Shown: piece by piece, positions 1-12,970 of the stretch
Layout: the number at the start of each line of letters is the position of its first letter
Numbering within the stretch: position 1 is the stretch's first letter
Source: the human T2T-CHM13v2.0 reference genome, Homo sapiens
Strand: one strand, 5' to 3'
NCBI RefSeq assembly: GCF_009914755.1
Contig: NC_060937.1
Length of the DNA: 64,000 bases
Notes under the pieces: model-generated
The model's input: only the letters and a program-made list of their open reading frames with translations
Databases searched by the model: none
Told to the model about the DNA's origin: nothing
Translations under genes and position numbers: made by a program

Positions 1-292
1 CCCATCACTTCGGGAGGCTGATGCAGGCGGATCACAAGGTCAGGAGATTGAGACCATCCTGGCTAACACGGTGAAAACCCGTCTCTACTAAAAAATACAA
101 AAAATTAGCCTGGCGTGGTGACGGGAGCTTGTAGTCCCAGCTACTCAGAAAGCTGAGGCGGGAGAATGGCGTGAACCCAGGAGGTGGAGCTTGCAGTGAG
201 ATGAGATTGCGCCACTGCACTCCAGTCTCGGTGACAGAGCGAGACTCCATCTAAAATAAATAAATAAAAAAATAAATAAAAGAAAAAGAAAA
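1..292 (+). mobile_element. Alu (AluY-like), 5' end cut by the window edge
   Basis: Dimeric Alu with TACTAAAAAATACAAAAAATTAG linker, AGAATGGCGTGAACC and an A-rich tail. Confidence 0.95.
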
Positions 293-3200
293 TCGGAGTT
301 GCAAAGGATTATGTAATTAGACTAATGTCAAAAAAAAAAAGGACTAAAAATTTTCACAGTTAAAATTCTTTGTGATTCTGGAGACCTGTTTCTTAGCCAC
401 TACAGTTCAATACCTCTATGTTTCTCTCCTTTCATCCCTCCAACCCCACCTCCCTTCCTCTTTTCCTGGCTCCCTTCTTCTCACTCCCGCTTTCTGTATT
501 TTTCTTAGTCTCTCTGTTTTTCTTTGTTTCTCATCCATAGCTTTTACTAAACACTAAATGCATCAAACTACTGATTAATAAATTTCAGGGAGTGTTTTCC
601 TTTGAGAATATGCAAAACTTTGAAGCAAACAGCACACGTGTTTAAAAATAGCCCTTTGGGAACAAGAGAAACAAAACAAAACAACTATGTCTTCAGTCTT
701 GTATGAATAGAAGCAATGTATAATATTTCAGTAGTCTGGAAATCATTTAACTTGGCAACTCGAAACAGCTGGAACAGAGCTAATGATTGGAAAATAATAA
801 AAATTGTAAAAAAAAGTTAGTGTATATATGTGATAGACATCAAGAATCTATGGACTAAAATTCTTGTACTTTACTGACAAGAGATTTCTTCAGACTGAAA
901 AAGAAAGCAGACCATCTAGCGGGTTTTATTCATTACACAAACATAAACATAGCAACTTACTTGAATAACTGGCAAGCTAAAACTTGTCTGATGATATCAG
1001 AGCTACTTATATTTCTTATTTCCATCTTCTGTGTCTTTGTTGTTGATTAGAAAGATTTCTCTTTTCATATTAGGTTATGATCAGGTATTGCATTTTGGTT
1101 GACTGAATAAAGTCAATAGTGATATTTGTAGACTCTTCAACAGTGAAACATGATTTAAAAAATAATGCCAATATGATAGGTTAAAAAAAACTAACCGGAC
1201 ACAAATTTACCTGGGTCAAATATTTATCAGAATAAGCTTATATATAATATTAAGGAGAAATATATTGAGGTTATAACCTCAATTTATTATATCAACGTTT
1301 GCATCTGTTTTCCATAAAATTATATATGGTAATATTTTAATATTTCTATATCATATATTCTAAATGATAAAATTATGTTAAATATTAAAACATCCCTTTT
1401 TGAATATAATTATTAAACTGAATATGCTAATATTCCAGTGGTCCATTTGTCTCGTCAATGGAAGGAGCATTTAGTATGATAGCTTTTTCTGCTTCAGTTA
1501 ATAAGCAAGCTCATGCCTATGGATTTCAGAGCTCTCCAGATAAAAGATGGAAAGGTAAATGGAGGGGAACCTGATTCTTAAAATATATAGGACTAGAGTT
1601 ATCACAGCAATTGGGTATCTAGGAGGGCTAACACATGCTATGATGTTAGGATTTTTAATGATACCAATGGCTCAATTTAACTGGCATCTGAGGGACAATA
1701 CTTTCAGATAATCAAAAGGATGAAGTATTTAGCAGGCAACTATACCTAGCGGTGCTGCAAATTTGTTTCAGTGAAGGCAGGAAATTGGTGAAAGCATGGT
1801 TAGGTAGCAGGCTGCGGGTCCTGGCCTGACAAATGTCTTTTTCTTACTCTTCCTAACACATTTCCCAATATAACATTGCCAGTGTACCTCTGTTTTCTGA
1901 GCAGGTAGGGAATAGGGAATTGAAATAATGTACATAATTCTCTTAACCAAAGTATACATTTTACTATAGTTGGAAATATGTAACCTGGGCTATTTTATAG
2001 ACACATAAACTACTTTTATTTTTCTTTTTTGTGGCAATTCTTCTCAACTACTGTATATTGAAGACATTATTTCTAAACTGCCTTTTAATATTCTTTTTAA
2101 AGTCTCATCCTCTATAAAATTAAAACTTCCTTGATTATAATGATTGTGCCACATTGCTTTCTTTTTAAAAAACAAATCAAGATACATTAAGAATATCCAA
2201 TTCATATTTTTATAGTAAATAAGTTTTTAAAAGTCAAGTACAATGTGTTAATTACTAAAGTAATATTAGTGAAGTAATGTGCTTCTTTTAGCTGATATCT
2301 TCTAAGATACTTTTTGATAGTGTATGGATATTCTCTTTAGATGTGTAAATGACCTTTTTTTTCAGAGTGGCAATTATGTTGCATCTTACATTTACTTAAG
2401 AAAGATAAAATTATATAGGAGAAACCACACACACACAAACATACATACATACACAATCTGTATCCAGATTGTAGTTGTTGAGATGAGGAAAATATTGCAA
2501 TGAGTTACATAATTAGTCAGTTACAAAACTTTTCCTGTGAGCAAATAGCAATCCATCTCAGTGCAATGTGCCAAGTGAGACCATTCCAGCAATAACCATT
2601 AAGACTCAGAACAGAAAAGCTAAAGCACACCAAACAGAAAGAAAGATCGACTCATTAAAACTAAATTCTCCTTTCCCCACAGGATACCCTTGAACATTCT
2701 CCTTAATATGGAGAATTCTGGCTGACATTTGCAAGAACCATTTATAACTCAGATCCTGGATGAATTGCAGAAAAAGATGGGTGCTACATGCACAGCAGAA
2801 GTCTTAGGCTTTTTTTCTAATTTGGCAGAAAAGATTCTCAAACATTCTTAACAGAATTTGCTATTACATCTCTATGTGAATTCCTTTACGATTTTAAAAA
2901 CCATTATCATGTTTTTGTAAGTTAGTCCTAATTTACATTTTAATTTGACAAATGTCTTGATTAAAGCAGATTTTATGAATTGCACCTGGGTAGCTGGTAC
3001 TACCGGCATTTCACATTTTTTAACATTGATGATTTATACTAATAACTTTTCAAAATGTCTATTAAGCCAAATGAGTACTTTTTTACATAAGAAATTATGT
3101 TAAGCAAAACCAGCTTATTCATTTCTCTTATTTGATGTTACTTGTAATGTTGTTGCAGCCTATTTTATACACATTGACTTATCTGACTTATTACTAATTC

Positions 3201-3855
3201 TGATTTGAAGATATTTCATCATTTTTTTTCATTTTGTTATTTAGTAATTAAAATAATTTCTAGGCCCTGATTAGTTTTAATTAAATTCAATCTATTATAT
3301 TAAAATAATCTAATAGAAGGCATTTCAACTGTTTCAAACTTATTAAGCAATTTGTTAATAATGATATCAAATAAATATATAAGCTATTCAATTTGTGGAG
3401 AAAAATCTATAATCAAAAGTTAAGGATTTGTTTTAAAACACTCCAAAATAAGCTTTAGAAGATACTTGTAATATTGTGCATAAATATTTTTATATAAAAA
3501 TAAAATTTCTTCAAAAATAACATTTATAACTATGGACTCTATATAGGCCAGTATTTTAAAAAGTGTAATGTATGAGGTATAAAATTATTGATCTAATAAA
3601 TTAATATTTTTATTTTAGGAAAAGTATTTGCATTGATATTTTTACCCTACTTTTCATTTCCTTGTGAAATATAGACTGATTCCATTTACAAAGCATGGTG
3701 CAAGCTAACATTTACTTACTATGTTTATATGGCTTATCCTCAGTAACACCTTTCAATTTTAGGTAATGTAACCTTTTAATTTTTAATCAAAACTGAGTCC
3801 CATTTGAGTGTAGAAGAGTACTAATAATAGGTAATTTGTTGCTATAGAAAATCGA

Positions 3856-4055
3856 ACCAGTTCTGGACTGAAACTGAATTTTACTAGCTTGGATGAGCTG
3901 ATTGTTAAAAAAAAGTTTTGTAAGCCAGGTTTTAAAAATGATTCACTTGAATTGGTCACCACAGTGGTAATTTTTTCACCATGGAAATCAGCTAATGCTA
4001 AAAATTAGGACCTGCACTCCCCAGCAGTTGTTGAACATTCACTAGAACACCACTG
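3856..4055. mobile_element. hAT DNA transposon remnant (MER63-like)
   Basis: Ends ...GTTGTTGAACATTCACTAGAACACCACTG, resembling the recalled MER63 terminus. Confidence 0.5.
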
Positions 4056-4255
4056 ACCTGGAACATTTTAAGGATGAAAGGATACACTTAATTATGCCAA
4101 AGCACAGGAGTAAACCAAGACTGCTCCAGGTAACTGAGCAATGTTACGATCTTCATTGTAGGTCTTATTTTAGGTTGTTAAGAATAGTCATGAAATGTGT
4201 TTATTCTTGAAGTTTCTTGAAGTATTCACGAGGTTTCGTGTTGCGGTGACATAAT

Positions 4256-4335
4256 GTTATTAAAGAAACATGAATACGGCATAGTAGGGGCAGTTATTAA
4301 AGAAACATGAATACAGCATATTAGGGGCTTATTAA
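4256..4335. repeat. 37-bp tandem duplication
   Basis: GTTATTAAAGAAACATGAATAC(G/A)GCATA(G/T)TAGGGGC occurs twice in tandem with 2 mismatches. Confidence 0.9.
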
Positions 4336-5544
4336 TACTGCTCTCAAATCTATTCTTCACACCACAGGTGGAATGATGATTTAATGTAACATAGGCATTC
4401 TTCTGGTCTAAAATATTCAAAGGCATCCCATGCCAGTAAGGGTAAAGTCCAACATGCTTGATATGGGTTTTACTAAGAACAATTGACCTGCTGTTTGATT
4501 TCATCCCTGGTCTCATTTTTTATTACTTACCTTGAATCATACTGAAAGGATTTCTTTTCTATTTGTTTTAATGTATTGTGTGCTCCTTTGCCCTCAGAAA
4601 TTTGGACATGTTCTTTTGTCTGCTTGGAATCACCTTTAGTTCATTTCAGTAGGTAACTCATTCCTTTCTCAAAGAATGGCAAAATAACCCATTCTTTGTA
4701 TGCTAGACCTGTGTGTCTGCAGGAATCTGTTCCTGAGTGCTGATTTGGTTTTCTGCTTTTGATTTCTGAATCAAATCTGGAATTTTCATCTATTTCAAGG
4801 TCATTATTGATCAATATACTCTGTGTGCTCCACATCTAACCAGTTTTGAGTATTGTAGACCTTACAGAGTAATTCATAAGAACACATATTCCTCTAATGA
4901 TGGGCATCTTATATATCTAGGTCTGGAGCTTTAAGTATCAACTTTATGTTGATTACTCCAAAATACATTCCATCACACACAAGGTCACCCCGAATTCTAA
5001 ATTTGTAATATTTCAAACCTGTAAATTTAACATTTTAATTTCATAGCTAATAGACTTTTCTTTCCTGGAATGTCCAAAGTGAACTTGTGGCCCCTGACAC
5101 TTTCAGAATGTTTCTGATGTCAGGAAATGATATCAACAAACTACCCAGCATCTCAAGCCCAAAACACCTAAGTTATTTTTTATTTCTAATCATTTTCACT
5201 ACACACATACTCCTCCCAGTAATTCTGGTCAATATATCACAAATCTTTTACTCTTCACCATCTCCAGTGCTGATCAACTGCATAAAAGTTGCAGGTATTT
5301 ATGGTTCAGGACACCAGTCACTGCAGTACATGCTGAACTGCTCTGCGGGCTCTGCTCTTGTCCACCTCCCTCTTTCCACTATCCATTCTTCAGAGTGTTC
5401 TTTTTGAAATAGAATTCTTTTTTAACAACATTCTGTTATTATTAAAGTCTTCAAATAAGTTTTCCAATTTACTTATAATAATATGTGAGCTCCTTAATTG
5501 AACAACAGGGTTAATTGTCTCCCCTGCCTATTCAGTATCACTTT

Positions 5545-6204
5545 TATGAATTCAAAATATCTGAGACAGGTCTCAATCAATGTTGAAAGTTTATTTTGCT
5601 AACGTTTAGGGCATGCGGATGACACAGCTGCAGGAGGTCCTGAGAACATGAGCCCAAGGTGGCCAGGGTACATTTTAGGGAGGCATGAGACATCAATCAA
5701 TGTATTGTAAGATGTACATTGGTTTGGTCTGGAAAGGTGGCACAACTAGAAGCAAGGGCTTCCAGATCATATGTAGACAAAATATAAAAGGCTGCATTCT
5801 TTGCGGTCCTTGATCAGCCTTTCACTGAATACACAATTTAACCTGGCTCAGTAAAACTGCATTTTCACATAAACAGTAGGGCAGAGGAAGCACTATCATA
5901 TGCATTTGTCTCAGGTGAGCAGAGGGATGACTTTCTATCCAGGACCTGTGAGGATAAGCCATCAGTTTATATTGCCAGTGAAATTTAACTGAACTCTTTT
6001 TGGGTAAAGATCTTGAGGCCCACAAGGAATTATCTTGGGGGCAAATTGCGAGGGAGGTTTGTAGCTTTTTTTTTTTTTTTAATCTTTGTAGCGATCTTAT
6101 TTAGGAATAAAATGGGAGCCAGGTTTCCCTGAAGTTGTTCCCAGCTTGACTTTTCCCTTGGCGTAGTGATTTGGGGATCTCAAGATTTATTTTATTTTTT
6201 CACA
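5545..6204 (-). mobile_element. Solo LTR, MER4A-like (ERV1)
   Basis: 660 bp; homologous, in the opposite orientation, to the LTR at 61189-61644; flanks CTTT/CTTG. Confidence 0.8.
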
Positions 6205-6403
6205 CTTGGCTACAACTATCTCCCTACTGAATTATCTTCACACTACACACACAGCCACCTTCTTTATATGTCTTGTGCCTAAGATATATTGCTGCTGCCT
6301 TAAGTCTTTGCAGTATCTGACTCTTCTACTCAGAATCATCTTCCCGAATTCTTCACAGAGTTGACTTTTGTTATAAATTAGTTCTGAAATTAAATATCAT
6401 CCA

Positions 6404-6837
6404 TATCAGTTTCCTAACAGAGTACCACAAACTAGGTTGATTAAAATAACAATTTATATCTCACAGTTCTGGAGACTAGAAGTTCAAAATCAAGGTACTG
6501 GCAGTGTTCATTCCTGTTGAGGGCTCTGAAAAACAATCTACCCCACGCCTTGCTCCTAGCCTTGGATTCAGAAAGCTTTGGCATGCCTTGGTTTGTAGAT
6601 GTAGCATTCTAATCTCTGCCTCTCTATTCACGCAGTGCTCTCCCTTCTGTCTCTGTGCCTACATGTTTCTCTTTTTTTAAGAACAACAATCACATTAGAT
6701 TAGGGCCCATTCTAGTGACCTCCTCTTAATTGTCTTACATCTCCAAAGACCTTCTTTTGAAATAAGGTTACATTGACAAGTACAAGGTTTGGCGCTTCCA
6801 TACACCTTTTTGGAAAGCACAGTTCAATCTATAATAT
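6404..6837 (-). mobile_element. Solo LTR, MLT1 family (ERVL-MaLR)
   Basis: TACCACAAACTAGG...TCTCACAGTTCTGGAGACTAGAAGTTCAAAATCAAGG...CACAGTTCAATCTATAA, typical MLT1 motifs. Confidence 0.8.
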
Positions 6838-7971
6838 CACCTTCTCTGGGTATGTTTTAAGTAAAACATCCCACTCACTCGCATAATGTGGTATCTAGTT
6901 TTCATCATAGCACTGATCATTATCTGTTATTTTTGATTAAGGGTTTGTTGTATGCCTTCCCCCAAACAAGTGATAAATTCCCTTAGAAAGTGACATCTGC
7001 TGTTGTTTGTTCTGTTGATTTTCTAGCTCTAGTGCCCAGAAGAGTGCATAGTATACAGTAAAAACAATATAAATGTGAATTATTAATAATGCATTTATTA
7101 TAATTTGTATTATCCCTAATATAGCTATTATAATATCTGTTCATTTTAATAATGCTATTACAATATGTGATATATTATATATGCCATTTTAATTTTGCCC
7201 TTACATTATAATCAGGATTTTCTACTTAATGACCAGTCAACATTACGGTAAATGTTTTGTGACTTTTTTTTTTTAATCCAATAGAACATAATACAATTCA
7301 AGAGTGAATCTCTCTCCATTACATCAGTGTAGCACAAAATCCGGTTTTTGGCAGTGTTCCCAGACAATCAGGGTTACAAAGTCATCTTGTCCTTTACATT
7401 TGTGTATAATAGAGAAACCTGAATCATTGTGATATATTGCAATGTTACTGAGAGGAGTTGACCTCATTCTGAAAGTCACATGATTATTTTCACTGTCAGA
7501 AGCAATTTATAAAATTGATAATCATTATATTAATTTAAAATAAAATAAATCATGGAATAAGAATTAAAGCCACTACAAATCTATCAAGTAAAAAATTATA
7601 ATCAAGCAGAATGTTATTTTATCAAGAATTTAATGTAATTCTTTCAATATAGCATGAGCTAACCTGTAGAACCAGATAATTTTTGAATTGTATTATACTG
7701 ATGATTTGTATATTTTTTTAAAATGGTAAAATCTAAATCTATGAGAAACTGGCCTACGCATCGTAGTTTAGATTTTCAAAGTTTTCACATATTTCCATAT
7801 TTTAAAATTAGCAAATTCTTCATGACAGTTACTAGATTTATTGGTCTTTCGGACCACTACTATGCAAAATATTGAATTGTAGCATAATTTATGAAAGTTG
7901 TAAATTCTACCCAATGTAATTGAAAACTAAATATTTGCCATATACATTTTAGTAAGTTTAAAAAAGAAATA

Positions 7972-8186
7972 GTATATAGCAGTGCTACTAATTTGTGTAA
8001 ATGGATTTGATAACTTGAGACTTTACTGAATTCATTTATCAAATCTTGGAGTTTTGGGAGGTGTCTTTAAGGTTTCCTAGGTATACAATCCTATCATCAG
8101 AAAACAGAGATAGTTTGACTTCCTCTCTTCCAGCTTGGATGCCCTTTATTTCTTTCTCTTGCCTGATTGTTCTGGCTAGAGCTTCC
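7972..8186 (-). mobile_element. Isolated L1 ORF2 (RT region) fragment
   Basis: Translates to [30 protein letters not shown]..., an L1 ORF2p motif. Confidence 0.85.
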
Positions 8187-8302
8187 TCAAATTTTATTCT
8201 AATGCATTTTCTTTTAAGTCTTTTAAGTAAGCTAGAGCCAGTTTTTCTTGCTTGCAGTAACAAAATTCTATTTTATGCTTCCTGCAATGTATCTTATTTT
8301 AA

Positions 8303-8648
<346 letters not shown>

Positions 8649-8659
8649 ATTGAGTTGTT

Positions 8660-8860
8660 TTTTAATTTTAATTTTTATGGGTACCTAGTCTGTGTACATA
8701 TTTATGGGGTACATATTTTGATAAAGGCATACAATATGTAATAATCACATCAGAGTAAATGGGGTATCCATTACCGCACACAGTGTTTTTGTGTGTGTTA
8801 TGAACATTATAATTATACTCTTTTAGTTATTTTTCAATGTACTATAGATTATTGTTTTTC
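8660..8860 (-). mobile_element. L1MA-type 3' UTR fragment
   Basis: TTTATGGGGTACATATTTTGAT...AATGGGGTATCCAT; similar to the reverse complement of the L1 3' end at about 18000-18180. Confidence 0.65.
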
Positions 8861-8919
8861 ATTGAGCGTTAATGATTCTATTCATATATGGCATGACCAG
8901 TCAAAAGAGATACCTTCTG

Positions 8920-9508
8920 GAGCAGGTTCTTGAATAACATTATTTCATTCAACTTCATTTCAGTATAATGTTGATGAGAAAAAAAAATTGACTCCCGGCA
9001 GCGCCACTCTCTGTGTGGAGTTTGCATGTTTTCCTCATGTCAGCGTGGGTTTTCTCAGGGCACTTCAATTTCCCCCAACATCCCAAAGCTGCGCACATTG
9101 AGTTCGTTCCCGTGTCTACATTGTCCCAGTCTGAGTGAGTGTGGGTGTGTGAGTGAGTATGCCTTGCCATGGAACAGTGTTTTGTCTAGGGTTGCTTCCT
9201 CACCTCTGAGCTGCTGGGATAGGCTTGACCCAGAACTGAAATTACTGGGTGAATAATAATCTTACTTGATTTATTAATATTTTGTAAATATAAATATAGG
9301 TAGAGTTCACATTTATTTCAATATTTAATATTAAAAGTGTTTTGTGTTTTTATTTGGAAGTTTGGTGATGTTTTTCTCACCAGAAATATGCCACAGGAAC
9401 TTAACTCTTATTTATATTCATTGGCCTATACAAATTTTGTTATGCAAAATTTCATGTAAAGTGGTGGTTTTCAAGGACCTATTGACAAAGTTAGGTGAGG
9501 ATTGACTA
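8920..9508 (+). mobile_element. MER6A-like TcMar-Tigger DNA transposon
   Basis: AGCAGGTTCTTGAATAAC start, TGTGTGGAGTTTGCATGTT core and GTTAGGTGAGGATTGACT end. Confidence 0.75.
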
Positions 9509-10212
9509 TTTTCTTCACCTTAACGAGTTTTCTCATGCCATTTTCCAGCCAAACCCCTTCCAGAGACCAGTTCATCACAAGTGCATTTTTATAACCCAAT
9601 GACCTCCTGGTAATTGCCCTGTTCAGGGAGATCTTGAGTTTGAATATGAGCTTTGCCATTATTCCAGTTCTGCCAGCCTCTAACCCTATAAATTAGCATA
9701 TGCCAAACCTTCCTGTCTTTTAATACATATATATTTTAAGTTTGTCAAAATTAGAAAAAAATACCTTTTGAGTCATATTTTTTGTTTCATTTTATGTTTA
9801 TGCTTATTCTCAAAAAAGAATAGTTTATCTGAAAGTATATTGTATTTTTTGTGGAAAATGGACTGGTAACCCTCTCCTATTTTCAGTATGAAAAAAATGT
9901 GTTTCAGGAAAATAAATGTATCAGCTTTCCTATAAGACTACCATAATATTTAAAGTAACTGGAGAAGATGCTTGTATTTAGTTTGTTTTATTCTTTTAAA
10001 ACAAATACACAATAATGAAGATCTCATTTGTAACTTCCCAAATTTTCTGTCTTTCATACTTGATTCTCAAATTAATGAAATAAGTAGATTGTATTCTATC
10101 TTTATATTATTACTCATTAATTTTGGGAAAAATGCTTCAATAATGGCTTTTGGAGAAAATGAAAAGATGCCACATTAATTGTAGACAACCATTTTAAGAT
10201 ATATTTCATTCC

Positions 10213-11410
10213 GCCCCACTGGCTGCTCTGAAAAGCCATCTTTGCATTGTTCCTCCTTGCTCGCCGCAGCCGCCTCCGCCGCGCGCCTCCTCCGCCGCCG
10301 CGGACTGCGGCAGCTTTATCGCCAGAGTCCCTGAACTCTCGCTTTCTTTTTAATCCCCTGCATCGGATCACCGGCGTGCCCCACCATGTCAGACGCAGCC
10401 GTAGACGCCAGCTCCGAAATCACCATCAAGGACTTAAAGGAGAAGAAGGAAGTTGTGGAAGAGGCAGAAAATGGAAGAGACGCCCCTGCTAACGGGAATG
10501 CTAATGAGGAAAATGGGGAGCAGGAAGCTGACAGTGAAGTAGATGAAGAAGAGGAAGAAGGTGGGGAGGAAGAGGAGGAGGAAGAAGAAGGTGATGGTGA
10601 GGAAGAGGATGGAGATGAAGATGAGGAAGCTGAGTCACCTACGGGCAAGCGGGCAGCTGAAGATGATGAGGATGACGATGTCGATACCAAGAAGCAGAAG
10701 ACCGACGAGGATGACTAGACAGCAAAAAAGGAAAAGTTAAACTAAAAAAAAAGGCCGCCGTGACCTATTCACCCTCCACTTCCCGTCTCAGAATCTAAAC
10801 GTGGTCACCTTCAAGTAGAGAGGCCCGCCTGCCCACCGTGGGCAGTGCCACCCACAGATGATACGCGCTCTCCACCACCCAACCCAAACCATGAGAATTT
10901 GCAACAGGGGAGGAAAAAAGAACCAAAACTTCCAAGGCCATGCTTTTTTTCTTAAAAGTACTTTAAAAAGGAAATTTGTTTGTATTTTTTATTTACATTT
11001 TATATTTTTATACATATTGTTAGGGTCAGCCATTTTTAATGATCTCGGATGACCAAACCAGCCTTGGGAGCGTTCTGTCCTACTTCTGACTTTACTTGTG
11101 GTGTGACCATGTTCATTATAATCTCAAAGGAGAAAAAAACCTTGTAAAAAAAGCAAAAATGACAACAGAAAAACAATCTTATTCTGAGCATTCCAGTAAC
11201 TTTTTTGTGTATGTACTTAGCTGTACTATAAGGAGTTGGTTTGTATGAGATGGTTAAAAAGGCCAAAGATAAAAGGTTTATTTTTTTTCCTTTTTTGTCT
11301 ATGAAGTTGCTGTTTATTTTTTTTGGCCTGTTTGATGTATGTGTGAAACAATGTTGTCCAACAATAAACAGGAATTTTATTTTGCTGAGTTGTTCTAAAA
11401 AAAAAAAAAA
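10213..11410 (+). pseudogene. PTMA: Full-length processed (retro)copy of prothymosin alpha mRNA
   Basis: Intronless; GC-rich 5' UTR, CDS and full 3' UTR; AATAAA at 11363-11368; A14 tail at 11397-11410; TSD AAGAT(A/G)TATTTCATTCC at 10196-10212 and 11409-11425; TTTT/AA L1 endonuclease site. Symbol is the parent gene; the PTMAP number cannot be fixed from sequence alone. Confidence 0.97.
10386..10718 (+). CDS. PTMA: Intact 110-aa prothymosin-alpha-like ORF in the retrocopy (expression unknown)
   Basis: MSDAAVD...KKEVVEEAEN...NEENGE...acidic tract...DDVDTKKQK; CCACCATG Kozak context; no stop or frameshift. Confidence 0.6.
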   Translation: MSDAAVDASSEITIKDLKEKKEVVEEAENGRDAPANGNANEENGEQEADSEVDEEEEEGGEEEEEEEEGDGEEEDGDEDEEAESPTGKRAAEDDEDDDVDTKKQKTDEDD

Positions 11411-11425
11411 GATGTATTTCATTCC

Positions 11426-11575
11426 AACTACAAAGACATTACAAGTGTTTGAGATGGTAAACAAACTGATTATCATAATTTGATCAATATGCAATGTACA
11501 CATGTACTGAAACATCACACTATACCCTATTAATATGTACAATGATTATGTGTCAAATAAATAATTATAAAAAGT
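11426..11575 (+). mobile_element. L1MA 3' end fragment
   Basis: TTTGATCAATATGCAATGTACACATGTACTGAAACATCACACTATACCC...ATGTACAATGATTATGTGTCAA, an L1MA terminal motif. Confidence 0.65.
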
Positions 11576-12569
11576 AAAATTGGGGGAAAAAAGGCTTATG
11601 AATGGTTATATTATCTATTTTAAACTGTTTTCATTGTTCAATTAAATAACAGAATAACATATTGAGTTTTTACAACTTTAAAAATACTCTAATATTGTTT
11701 TTCTTTTGGAGAGAGCTGAAATACTTATTCTTCTCTTTGGATAAGAGCTCTCATATTTAATAAAGTATGTTTTTAAATATATGGCTTTCACAACAATTAC
11801 CCTAATCTGATTATATCTTTGAGGATAGATTTACAAATACATATTGATAGCTAATATGTACTGTAAACCATTGTTTAGTTCAAAATAATATAAAATTACG
11901 AAAATGGCTTATATTCTTCTATATGGTTTTCAATTTGGATGATATTTTGTTAATTATGCTTTGGTAGAAAAAATTATTTGTAACGTTAGGGATTTTGAAG
12001 CTTTATAAAATTATTTTTGTAAGATTTATAACAGCTTATTTTAATAATCATCTATTTCAGAAGATAAATAATTCAACAAATTAATGTTTGACAATTAAAA
12101 ATAAATTTTGAGGTCTACATAGTAACATGTGTGTATATATGTAATATATAATTTTTTTTCATAAGCCAATTCATACTGAGAGCATTCTGCCTGGCACCTA
12201 TATTAAATCAACTCAATGCAAGTTCAATAATAAATAGTGTAACATTTAAGACAACTAACAGTATTTTATTGTATGATAATGAATCAACCTGAAAACAGAA
12301 ACCTATTACTAATGGTATTAAACTCTAAAACATTACATATTATGTCTCAAAAAAATAAGCTTGTTGAAAGGCCACATGTATTAAGAAGACAAATTTTAAA
12401 CACCACACTTGGACTACAATGTGAGCCTTAGTTAATGTCATTTACAGATCACTGAAATTTTTGGCTTCACACTACAATAGCCCCATCCAGAAAAAGTAGG
12501 CTGACTAGATTTAATTAGAACTTATAGATGTGATGAATCTTGGCTTCTAAAAGCAGAAATGGCATTGAT

Positions 12570-12970
12570 TAGAGCAGTAGCATAGTGATGTGAAATGAGC
12601 AAGAGTTTGGAGCCACAGAAAAAGGTTAGGTTTAGAAATTCCATCATTACCAGTTTTGTCACTCTGCAAAAGTTATTTGATTTCTAAGCACCCCATTATC
12701 TGCCTCTGCAGAATCTGCAATGCTCACATAATTTTTGAATAATATGCCAATAGTGTAGAATAGTAGTTAACACAGTAAGCTCTGGAATAAGACAGACTTG
12801 CTTGAGATAATGCCACCATAACTTACTAGATCTGTCACTGTGGACTTATCCTACACCAATGGTACCTAATGATAGGAATATGTGTGTCTTCTTATGGCTA
12901 TTTTAAAGGGATCAGGAAACAGAGATACACTCTAATCATATTTCTTGGTCCATAGTGATCAATAAATACA
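12570..12970 (+). mobile_element. Degraded MIR SINE fragments
   Basis: Two MIR-like tracts (GAGCAAGAGTTTGGAGCC...; GCTCTGGAATAAGACAGAC...ACTTACTAG). Confidence 0.45.

Larger units (their letters stand above)
4900..7080 (+). mobile_element. Degraded L2 LINE interrupted by MER4 and MLT1 LTRs
   Basis: L2-like pieces on both sides of the LTRs; L2-like 3' end at about 7030-7080; boundaries approximate. Confidence 0.5.

Noticed and set aside
10213-10213. G between the TSD and CCCCACTGG as a possible cap-derived non-templated base
   Set aside because: I cannot confirm the parent's genomic base at this position, so it may be templated
10117-10740. Overlapping Ser-rich, Arg/Lys-rich and Pro/Arg-rich ORFs on both strands
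   Set aside because: Alternative-frame and antisense shadows of the low-complexity PTMA CDS and GC-rich UTR
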